NCBI GenBank assembly: GCA_013349495.1
Contig: DUZK01000001.1
Coordinates: 1-56,521, forward strand
Reading direction: 5' to 3'
DNA length: 56,521 nucleotides
Source: Deltaproteobacteria bacterium
Lineage (GTDB): Bacteria; Desulfobacterota; Desulfobacteria; Desulfobacterales; SURF-15
Part shown: positions 45,801 to 52,524 of the stretch, one piece after another
Numbering within the stretch: position 1 is the first letter of the stretch
Layout: the number at the start of each line of letters is the position of its first letter
The notes under the pieces: model-generated
What the model was told of the DNA's origin: nothing
Seen by the model: only the letters and a program-made list of their open reading frames with translations
Databases searched by the model: none
Program-made: the position numbers and the translations under genes

Positions 45801-46131
45801 ACAGACCGATCCAAAACGCAAGGACTGCTACCAAGAGAAAAGAAAGATTTGCGATCAATGTGCCCGAAAAGGAAAGTATTCGGTCCGTTTTGGAATAAAT
45901 CATTCCGATAACGGTACCGGCAACGGCTGCCATCATATATCCGTGGGGTATGAGATCGGTTCCGAATTCTGCAAGAAAAAGGGCGTTTGCCGGTGTGAAG
46001 AAAAACGCCATGCTGATACCCACAAAGCAGGAATGGATTAACAGCAGCCGTGTGGCATGTCTCTCTTCCGGGTGAATGTCAAGGAGTGATAACAAAAGAT
46101 TGAAAGGCTGGTGTAGTAAATCTCTCAGCAA
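42841..46131 (-). CDS. 1096-aa multidomain membrane protein: polytopic permease-like domain plus HEAT repeats plus a C-terminal cyclic-nucleotide-binding domain
   Basis: aa 1-430 hold about 11-12 hydrophobic helices. aa 450-930 hold HEAT/PBS-lyase-type repeats (LQHPSPLVRKDVLARIE, LLDPSPLLRRDALLGLL, LRDEDLSVRRVAIDAAGKIGD, NEHLVVRETAAWALSRL). The last 125 aa form a CAP-type cNMP domain (RIIQKGQIGNCMYIVASGRVKVH...GEKEIVGEMALLDAEPRMASVTA). TTG start with GAGGG upstream. Confidence 0.8.
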   Translation of the reverse strand: MLRDLLHQPFNLLLSLLDIHPEERHATRLLLIHSCFVGISMAFFFTPANALFLAEFGTDLIPHGYMMAAVAGTVIGMIYSKTDRILSFSGTLIANLSFLLVAVLAFWIGLFWSHASWLSLGLYILITPFVSLINIEFWGLAGRILHLRQAKRLFGLIGAGEVVTSLLAFFTIPLIVNHIGTINLLLISAGGLLSSLLLLIHINRQFLSQIASPQEKTVADRPIDVQVTRPLKSRYLRLIFNVMILSTSGLYFLHYFFLDQAYTHYQEADRLAAFFGFFYGSVKLVELLLKSIVSGRLLTRYGLKAGLVILPAFLTIGILSTAIVGTLVGIGNLLFYLIVATKLMDRTGRLSIFDPTFRVLYQPLQKDERISFQTRLEGIYQPLVSGVAGGILLFTGLFPTFTLVHFSYLLSILMLAWIIGSIWVSREYPVALSQAIAKRVLIGESTDLSLNDASSIAVLRRSLDSSNPGEVIFSLDLLEKNSVEQMKKAYHKLLQHPSPLVRKDVLARIERFPSSKIYKPVANIAKSDVSIDVRGRALRTLCTLDDTQAVEMVSEYLLDPSPLLRRDALLGLLQNPETGRASMAEKTLIEMTNSESVEDRKIAALVLGEVKMNDFDELLLRLLRDEDLSVRRVAIDAAGKIGDSHFCTSLMEILTSRPLRCNARSALAAIGKPALPYLKQTFKFPNTPIQTRIQILRIYGKIAGKQGSNILWDEVNCPNQTIRAHILDELRNRRYQAPNTDIRTVQDQIYREAAHAVWKVAVRGDLGEHEAVAALKNALDSEIKRNRYNIFLLLSFIHTPETMLKAYDAINKGSKDKQSYAYELIDVTIAPETKSILFPLFQSMDSGRLSNNLLDKFPQVKLDRTQRLKELLKLTEADISPWTKACAIYAVTEWSETEWLQELESNLENEHLVVRETAAWALSRLHPQRIAQIIQRPLKERESAIDGAIKNTFAKTIGDTEMLLTIEKVMLLKTVEIFTPLSEEILIDIAANLEEVEFVSEQRIIQKGQIGNCMYIVASGRVKVHDGDRFIAELGEKEIVGEMALLDAEPRMASVTALEPSKLLRLDQDVFYELMSDYVDVARGIIRVLVKRLRAQ

Positions 46132-46185
46132 ACTTGATACCCTCTAAAATGAAACACTCCCGGGTAACAGTGGCGCATTGATCGC

Positions 46186-46602
46186 TTATGGCCTTTTAAC
46201 CACAAGTTGCAGAATGTTTCTGCCGGATTCTCTTCGGTAATCGACGCTATCCATCAGTTCTTTGATCAGAAGAATTCCTAATCCCCCAATTTGGCGATCA
46301 CTGATATCCGCTTCCACATCCGGTGTTTCAATGGATTCGAAATCGAATGGTTCGCCTTCATCTATGATCTCGATGACGAATTGACGGTCATGTTCTATGC
46401 GGCATGCCACGATTGCTTCGCCGGTTTCTTCCGGGTATGCATAGTTGAAAATATTAACCAGCGCTTCTTCAACCGCAATTTTTATTTCATTAAGTCTTTC
46501 CTCACTGAAACCAACGGTTTCGGCCGCTTCGGCAATAAATTGGATGAATTCGGATAGATTCTTTTGTGAGGCTTGCCGTATGATATGTGCCGGGAGTTCC
46601 AT
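46186..46602 (-). CDS. RsbW/SpoIIAB-type anti-sigma-factor-like serine kinase (HATPase_c)
   Basis: N-box EEALVNIFNYAY, IEIIDEGEPFD, GGLGILLIKELMDSVDY. The gene starts 4 nt after the STAS gene stop. Confidence 0.85.
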   Translation of the reverse strand: MELPAHIIRQASQKNLSEFIQFIAEAAETVGFSEERLNEIKIAVEEALVNIFNYAYPEETGEAIVACRIEHDRQFVIEIIDEGEPFDFESIETPDVEADISDRQIGGLGILLIKELMDSVDYRRESGRNILQLVVKRP

Positions 46603-46606
46603 GAGT

Positions 46607-46939
46607 CTAAAGTTGCGCTAAAGCGGTCTCTTCCGTGTCGAATATTTTAAATGCAGAATAGAATCCGGAAATTTTGAAAACTTTCTCTACTGAACCCTTA
46701 AGCCCAACAAACAGCAGCTCTCCGTGCAAAGCCTTAAGATTTTTTGCTGCCGCCAGCACGACCCGAAGACCCGCGCTGCTGATGTAATCGAGCCCTTCAA
46801 GGTTAACGACAATTTTTTTTTCATTTTGAGCGATTTGATTCGTAAAGCATTCCTGAAGACTGGGAGCCGTGTCGGCATCCACTTTGCCTTTAATCCGAAT
46901 CACAACCGCATTTCCCTTTTTCTCAGTATCAATATCCAT
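46607..46939 (-). CDS. STAS-domain anti-anti-sigma factor (RsbV/SpoIIAA type)
   Basis: VVIRIKGKVDADTAPSLQE...VVNLEGLDYISSAGLRVVLAAAK...LFVGLKGSVEKVFKISGF. The conserved phosphorylatable Ser context is DYISSAGL. SD GGAGGG lies upstream. Confidence 0.85.
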   Translation of the reverse strand: MDIDTEKKGNAVVIRIKGKVDADTAPSLQECFTNQIAQNEKKIVVNLEGLDYISSAGLRVVLAAAKNLKALHGELLFVGLKGSVEKVFKISGFYSAFKIFDTEETALAQL

Positions 46940-47171
46940 AATCCCTCCAGCGGTTATATCTAAACGGCATCAATGTGATGCAAACTTGCCTTTCTTTCCG
47001 CTTTATTATAAAGAACTTCAAGGGTTAGTGAACTCGATCTATCTCCATTAATCTTAAGCACTTTGGACCGGTTCAGTATTGTTCTCCACCATTTTACTTT
47101 ATATTTTGATTAAATTGCAATAGAGCAAGAAGGTTTTGTATTTTTTGATCCACAACACGCGGGGAGTAAGA

Positions 47172-49475
47172 ATGCAATCATCCACCATCCATCCTGCCGA
47201 GGACAAGAAACCATCTGTTGATTTTTCAGCCATAAAAGATAAGCTCAACACGATTCAAAGGACTTTTAAAGCGTCTGCTTCATTCGAAGAAGCCATGATC
47301 GAATCGGAAAAGGCCGTGCTTTCGCTCTTTGATGCTGAATCTCTGAGAGTTTACCGGGCTCAAAAACAGAAGCTGGTCACATGGGTCAAACGGCGTAATG
47401 ATGCCAAAGAGATCCAATTTCCCCTTTCCAGCTCTTCCTTGGCCGGGTTTTCGGCATTGAGCCATAAAGTGCTTCGAGTGAATGACGTCAAAAATTATAG
47501 GGTGTTGGCCGCTTATCATCCCGAGTTAAAGTTTAACATAAAATACGATGTTTTTTCCGGTGTGCGAACCCGCTCTGTCATTTCCGCTCCCCTAGATCAT
47601 GAAGACACACTGGTGGGAGTACTTCAAATTATTAACTGCAGAGACAAGGACGGGTTTGGGGAACAGTGCGAACTCATTGCAAAATCAGTTGCTCAAATCG
47701 TCGCCAAAAAACTGTCGGAAGAATTGAAAACGACAACCGGTCCCTTTGAAGATCTGATTCTCCGAGGCCTCCTGACCAGAGATCAGCTGGCGGAATTACA
47801 GGATAGAGCAAAAGCCGAAAGAACTTTTGTGAGCTATCTCATGAGAACCGAACTGGGTATCCTTTCAATCGATATCGGGGCTTCACTCGAAAAGCATTAT
47901 CAGGTTCCTTTTCACAAGTATGATTCGGTCATCCGTATACCGGAGGATCTGGTTAAGGGGATTAGCAAGTACTACCTGAAGGAAAATCTCTGGGTGCCCA
48001 TTGATGGCAGTAAGGACCGAACGGTCGTTGTCATGGACAATCCGAAAGATCTCAGGAAGATTCAGGATATTCAGAATGTCATTCGAGCCCATAGCTATGA
48101 GTTCATGGTGGGGTTGCCTGAAGATATTCTTAACTATTTAGGTATGGGACCTCCGCTTCCCGATACGGACACGTTAGCAGATGCAATGGCTCAGCGGTTG
48201 AGCGAGTTGGAAATCCGAACCAAAGATGAGGATGCAGCACCTGCAGATCAGTTAAAGGAAACATACTCTATCGATGTGGATAGCGATTCCACAGCTGTTT
48301 TGTATATGAATAATCTCATTCTTCAGGCCCAGCGGATGAATGCCTCGGATATTCATATCGAACCCTATAAACCCGGACGTCCGGCCGTGGTTCGGGTGCG
48401 GGTAGACGGTATTTGCCGAAGGATTGCTGAAATTCCGTCCAAAAGTGTTCAAGCGGTCATTTCCAGAATAAAAATCATGTCGGATCTCGATATTGCAGAT
48501 CGGCGACTGCCCCAGGACGGCAAGGCAAGGGTAAACCTGAAAGGGAGACCGCTGGAATTGCGCATTGCAACTGTACCCACGGTTTATGGCGAAAGTGTGG
48601 TGATCAGATTATTGGCCATGGGCGGCGGTTTGCCTTTGGGCAAGCTTAACCTCTCTGCCAGAAACGAGAGCGAAATTAAACGCCTTTGTGCCCGACCTCA
48701 TGGAATCTTTCTGGTGGTCGGCCCTACCGGTTCCGGCAAAACCACCACATTGCACGGTATACTGGGCCATATCAACAAACCCGAGCGTAAAATATGGACC
48801 GCGGAAGATCCTGTGGAAATTACCCAAGCCGGATTACAGCAGGTACAGGTGAGCCGCAAGATCGGATTGGATTTTGCTAGAGTCATGAGAGCATTTCTTC
48901 GTGCGGACCCGGATGTGATACTCATTGGAGAGATGCGGGATTACGAAACGGCGAATATCGGAATCGAATCGTCTCTGACCGGACATCTTGTGTTTTCAAC
49001 ATTGCATACCAATTCGGCGCCTGAAACCATTACCCGACTCATCGAATTGGGGATCGATCCTTTGGATTTCTCTGATGCCCTTTTGGGTATTCTGGCCCAG
49101 CGATTGGTGCGGACCTTATGCCCGGATTGCAAGGAACCGTATCACGCATCAAAAAAGGAGTCTCAAAGAATCTTAGAAGCCTACGGTGCCGAACACGCGG
49201 ATGAGTTGACCGTGGATCCTAATCAGATCATGCTTCATACCGCCAAAGGGTGCGAAAAGTGTGGAAATACCGGTTACCGGGGACGGACCGGGATTCATGA
49301 ACTATTGGTGAACTCCGATGCCATCAAACAGATAATCGCCAGGAAAGGGCTTGTAGAAGAGATTCGAAAAGAGGCCGTTCGTGAGGGAATGCGAACGCTG
49401 ATGCAAGACGGGCTCAGCAAAATTGTTAAGGGTGATACGGATATGGTCCAGCTGCATCACGTGGCAGCGGAATGA
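47172..49475 (+). CDS. GspE/PilB-family secretion ATPase with an N-terminal GAF domain
   Basis: GAF-like: LAGFSALSHKVLRVNDV...RSVISAPLDHEDTLVGVLQIINCRD. T2SSE N-domain. ASDIHIEPY, Walker A GPTGSGKTT (about 48719-48745), Walker B DPDVILIGEMRD, His box TGHLVFSTLHTN, and the tetra-Cys CPDC...CEKC. The ATG at 47172 has GGGGAG upstream; the ORF track starts at the TTG at 47136. Confidence 0.9.
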   Translation: MQSSTIHPAEDKKPSVDFSAIKDKLNTIQRTFKASASFEEAMIESEKAVLSLFDAESLRVYRAQKQKLVTWVKRRNDAKEIQFPLSSSSLAGFSALSHKVLRVNDVKNYRVLAAYHPELKFNIKYDVFSGVRTRSVISAPLDHEDTLVGVLQIINCRDKDGFGEQCELIAKSVAQIVAKKLSEELKTTTGPFEDLILRGLLTRDQLAELQDRAKAERTFVSYLMRTELGILSIDIGASLEKHYQVPFHKYDSVIRIPEDLVKGISKYYLKENLWVPIDGSKDRTVVVMDNPKDLRKIQDIQNVIRAHSYEFMVGLPEDILNYLGMGPPLPDTDTLADAMAQRLSELEIRTKDEDAAPADQLKETYSIDVDSDSTAVLYMNNLILQAQRMNASDIHIEPYKPGRPAVVRVRVDGICRRIAEIPSKSVQAVISRIKIMSDLDIADRRLPQDGKARVNLKGRPLELRIATVPTVYGESVVIRLLAMGGGLPLGKLNLSARNESEIKRLCARPHGIFLVVGPTGSGKTTTLHGILGHINKPERKIWTAEDPVEITQAGLQQVQVSRKIGLDFARVMRAFLRADPDVILIGEMRDYETANIGIESSLTGHLVFSTLHTNSAPETITRLIELGIDPLDFSDALLGILAQRLVRTLCPDCKEPYHASKKESQRILEAYGAEHADELTVDPNQIMLHTAKGCEKCGNTGYRGRTGIHELLVNSDAIKQIIARKGLVEEIRKEAVREGMRTLMQDGLSKIVKGDTDMVQLHHVAAE

Positions 49476-49543
49476 TTTGAAAGTATAAGCGTTCCTGTTT
49501 AAAGCTGATTTCTATTGACCATTTTAAAGAATGAGGAAATAAA

Positions 49544-50599
49544 ATGTCTGACAAGCAACTTTATTTAGACACCCTGATTCATTTGCAAGCCTTTGAAACC
49601 TACTGGGCGTACTACTCAGTGAGCGATGGAAAACTTTATTTGGAAGCCAGTCGCAAATCCTCTAAAACGCTTTCAGACTCCCTCAAAGCGCTCGCAGAAA
49701 GGGATAGCGGTATTTTGGATTCGGAGGTCTTATCCGGAGAAGAAGATTTCGATGCTCAAGATCTCATCAACAGGCTTGAGTCGTGGGGGAACGGCGGCGC
49801 AACTTCTGCTCCTTTCGACAACATCACTCTCAGCATTCGAAACCTTTCGTCCTATTTTATGGCCCTGAAAAAGTACATTATTAAAGAGACGGGCTCAACC
49901 GCCAAACCGTTTTTACAGATCAACCGTGAAGAACTCCTTTTCAGAGAGGGTGTTATTCGATGGCAGGCCCATATGCCCACCATGCTGCTTGGGGGAGAGC
50001 AGAGTCCGGAAGAGTTGCTGGAAAAGGCCTCGGCAGGGCCTTCCATCGTGGTGGTCGGTAATATCAAAAGGCTTCACGATCTCATGACCTATGCAATCGA
50101 TGGCAATTCCTTTTCTTCTTTTATGGTCCGTTTTATTGAAAGAACCCGAATGTTCATTGACGAGTATTTGGGGGTTTTCGATAAATTCACCGAAGACGGG
50201 TTTATCGCTTATTTCTGCAAAGCCATTTGTGAAACTTCCAATCTGGATTTCGTGGACTGTTTTCTAAATTTTGTAAAAAACGAATTGGAGTTTGCAGAAA
50301 CATTGTTTCAGGAGTGGGGCAGCACCATTCGAAAGCTGCCGTCTCACCCCATCGGGTTGTCACTCGGGGCGGACATGGGATCGGTCCTGCTTCAGGATCT
50401 GGCCAGTCAATTGCTGGCGGTGGGAGAGCCCTTGGTATGGTCCAGGCGGCTTTCAGAAATCGGGGATGCCGGAGAGTTGCTGATAAACAATTTAATTAAC
50501 AGCCAAATCGGAGACCGATCCGGAATACGAATTGAAAAACGGGTGTGCAGCACTTTCGCAGGAGAAGAATTTATTGCCCGTAAAGTCATATTCAGTTGA
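49544..50599 (+). CDS. Hypothetical protein; the C-terminal half resembles a degenerate class III nucleotide-cyclase homology domain
   Basis: Good SD (GAGGA 8 nt upstream). By-eye threading: IVVVGNIKRL ~ vlFaDivgFT; DKFTEDGFIAYF ~ dKfiGDavmavF; IGLSLGADMGSVL ~ iGihtGpvvaGvi; GEPLVWSRRLSE ~ GdtVNlAsRlEs. The first metal Asp and the transition-state Asn are substituted. Confidence 0.45.
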   Translation: MSDKQLYLDTLIHLQAFETYWAYYSVSDGKLYLEASRKSSKTLSDSLKALAERDSGILDSEVLSGEEDFDAQDLINRLESWGNGGATSAPFDNITLSIRNLSSYFMALKKYIIKETGSTAKPFLQINREELLFREGVIRWQAHMPTMLLGGEQSPEELLEKASAGPSIVVVGNIKRLHDLMTYAIDGNSFSSFMVRFIERTRMFIDEYLGVFDKFTEDGFIAYFCKAICETSNLDFVDCFLNFVKNELEFAETLFQEWGSTIRKLPSHPIGLSLGADMGSVLLQDLASQLLAVGEPLVWSRRLSEIGDAGELLINNLINSQIGDRSGIRIEKRVCSTFAGEEFIARKVIFS

Positions 50600-50744
50600 G
50601 AAGACCCGACTATGGTCTTGCAATCATAAACAGTAAAAACTCAACGCCATATCGATAACCATGGATATCTATATTATTTGGATTCCGGGGGAAGGGGAGA
50701 AGTGGGCTTACGAAGGCTCTTTAGGCGAAAAATCGCATATGATT

Positions 50745-50789
50745 GGATACAAAAGAAAAGCGATTCCAGTAACTATCTGAAATCGCTTT
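50745..50789 (-). terminator. Rho-independent terminator downstream of the tRNA fragment (minus strand)
   Basis: Perfect 9-bp stem AAAGCGATT (50757-50765) / AATCGCTTT (50781-50789) with a 15-nt loop. Read on the minus strand it is followed by TTTCTTTTGT. Confidence 0.6.
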
Positions 50790-50801
50790 AAAAAAATGCG
50801 C

Positions 50802-50861
50802 TGGTGCCGAAGGCCGGACTTGAACCGGCACGGGTCTCCCCACTACCCCCTCAAGGCAACA
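50802..50861 (-). pseudogene. 3' fragment (anticodon arm to CCA) of a tRNA-Leu(GAG)-like gene; not an intact tRNA
   Basis: The minus strand reads TTGCC-TTGAGGG-GGTAG (anticodon arm, GAG), TGGGGAGACCCGT (long variable arm), GCCGG-TTCAAGT-CCGGC (T arm), then CTTCGGC-A-CCA. The required 5' acceptor strand GCCGAAG and a D arm are absent from the next 60 nt. Confidence 0.75.
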
Positions 50862-51315
50862 TCTTGTTAAATTCCAGTAACTTGCGGTAAATTCCATGAA
50901 GTATCAACTTGAAATATTTTCAAATACTTATAGTATATGCTGCAATAAAAGTAAAATGAATGAAATGGGATGAGAAAGGGAGGTATTTTTTGGCAAGTGT
51001 TACCTAAATGTTACCCAATCTTGACAAATGGAAAAATTCTGACCTATTATTGATAACTCAAGTTGTCATAAAAATATTGACACTGCCTCCTCTCGTTGTG
51101 TATGTATATTAGTTCCTAACAATTATTGTTTAAATTATATCAACATCATTAAGAGGTTACGCGATGTAAGATATTTGGTCTCATCCACTTTGCGAAAAGT
51201 GTTTTGAGCTCTTATTTTTTGGCATGGTACTTGAATCTGAGAATTGTATAGGGATAGATATATTGATTTTTCCAAAAGAATGCCGATATATTAGAGTAAC
51301 AAAGGAGCGTAAATA

Positions 51316-51528
51316 ATGTTTGATTACACAGACTTTTTATATGCCAGACCCACTTTTATTAGCGGTGTGTCCAGGGTTATGGATCTTGGAAACACATTAA
51401 ATGAATATAATTCAACGTTTCTTCCATCTGTGGCTGACTATTATGCGATTAAATCTGATTGGATTATGGTTGGCTCGGACATCCAGGCTGGTATAAGTGC
51501 CTATGACGAAAAGGAAAAACAAGCCTAA
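51316..51528 (+). CDS. Small hypothetical protein (70 aa)
   Basis: AGGAG lies 8 nt upstream of the ATG, in an AT-rich region. No family recognised. Confidence 0.45.
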   Translation: MFDYTDFLYARPTFISGVSRVMDLGNTLNEYNSTFLPSVADYYAIKSDWIMVGSDIQAGISAYDEKEKQA

Positions 51529-51763
51529 GATAAACCTTCCTTCTCAAAAACCGACTGCTTCTGTTGAGCCGACTCCGCAGGAACGCAAATTAATTGCCAA
51601 GCTAAATGCGCAACACTTTTCGGGACCACTGCCTCCTCCTCAGATTCTTATTCAGTACAATGAAGCTGTTCCAGATGCCGCAGACAGGATCATAACAATG
51701 GCTGAAAGCCAATCGAACCACAGACAAGATCTTGAAACCAAAGTAATTGATGCTGCTGTATAA
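51497..51763 (+). pseudogene. N-terminal fragment of a DUF2335-type protein (C-terminal membrane half missing)
   Basis: FSGPLPPPQILIQYNEAVPDAADRIITMAESQSNHRQDLETKVI matches my recollection of the conserved DUF2335 core. The ORF stops right after it, without the two hydrophobic helices these proteins normally carry. Confidence 0.5.
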
Positions 51764-51834
51764 AGGCGGAATATTTAGCTCAGGACTTGATATAGATTTT
51801 TAGATTCTGTTGACAAGCGGAAAAACTATAGCGC

Positions 51835-51876
51835 TGGGATAAATTGCGACACTTTTGCTATGATAAAGTGATACGT
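51835..51876. repeat. IS21-family terminal inverted repeat with two transposase-site repeats (istB-proximal end)
   Basis: TGGGATAAATTGCGACAC (51835-51852), a 9-nt spacer, then GATAAAGTGATACGT (51862-51876). Confidence 0.75.
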
Positions 51877-52016
51877 TTGTTCACACTACCTGCCGTAGCC
51901 CGCAACAAGCCTACCCCGCCCGAAAGGAAAATAATATAATCCCGCCTGCCGGCGAGCCCGCCGAGTTGCAAAAAAATGAATGGATTTTGGGAAGGAGCGT
52001 TAAAAGAGTGGATAAG

Positions 52017-52523
52017 CTATGATGAGGATTTGGCTACTTCTTCGATACGTTGCGCTAGGCGATCAAGCTTCTGTTCCAGCGAAAGAACCCGATTGCATAA
52101 ATTTTCGTCTGATCCGGATGAAGGGCCGACAGAAGCAGACTGAGTCACCAACGATTTGAGTACATTTCCGATATGCGCGGGGCTGTCGCCGCGAACCTTT
52201 AAATCGGGCTTGATCGGCAGGATTTCATTTGGATTATCTTTCTGATAATTTTTCAAAAAACCAATACTATTCACAAAATCAAATTGCTTGATCAGCATCA
52301 CCAGATCAATCGCATTGAAATTTCTCTCACAATAAAAGCATCGGGCCAGATTGGTTGCCCGATTAATCGCCGTGTTAAATTCATTGCAAATCGGACAAAG
52401 AAAACGAAAGCATCCTTCCGTGTCTCGCCAAGGGATATCGAGGGCATTTTTGATCACACTGTCAATAGGGATATCGTTGCGCAGCCCGTAAAGCTCTTCG
52501 CTGGAAAAACGTTTTGCGACCAT
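52017..52523 (-). CDS. Primase-type (CHC2-like) zinc-finger protein, cargo gene of the IS21-family element
   Basis: IPIDSVIKNALDIPWRDTEGCFRFLCPICNEFNTAINRATNLARCFYCERNFNAIDLVM follows the DnaG zf-CHC2 layout (CPxx...CFxC..G..IDLVM) with four Cys. It starts 1 nt after the istB stop. Confidence 0.55.
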   Translation of the reverse strand: MVAKRFSSEELYGLRNDIPIDSVIKNALDIPWRDTEGCFRFLCPICNEFNTAINRATNLARCFYCERNFNAIDLVMLIKQFDFVNSIGFLKNYQKDNPNEILPIKPDLKVRGDSPAHIGNVLKSLVTQSASVGPSSGSDENLCNRVLSLEQKLDRLAQRIEEVAKSSS

Positions 52524-52524
52524 G

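Noticed and set aside
39933-50599. A sigma factor or further T2SS/type IV pilus genes belonging to the partner-switching and GspE genes
   Set aside because: Every ORF above 60 aa in this interval was read, and none has sigma region 2/4, GspF/PilC, pilin or secretin features.
50601-50619. Hairpin AAGACC-N7-GGTCTT right after the 49544-50599 gene as an intrinsic terminator
   Set aside because: The stem is only 6 bp and it is followed by GCAATCATAAAC with no U tract. That is too weak to call.
50802-50895. An intact tRNA-Leu gene on the minus strand
   Set aside because: The anticodon-arm-to-CCA portion is perfect. The 26-28 nt upstream (..CCGCAAGTTACTGGAATTTAACAAGATG), however, cannot pair with the acceptor 3' strand CTTCGGC and form no D stem.
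51764-51834. The left flank of the IS21 element as the missing upstream part of the IS110-type transposase
   Set aside because: All three + frames of these 71 nt contain stops. The frame that would join to the right-flank ORF across the GCGC duplication hits TAG immediately, so the reading frame is not continuous.
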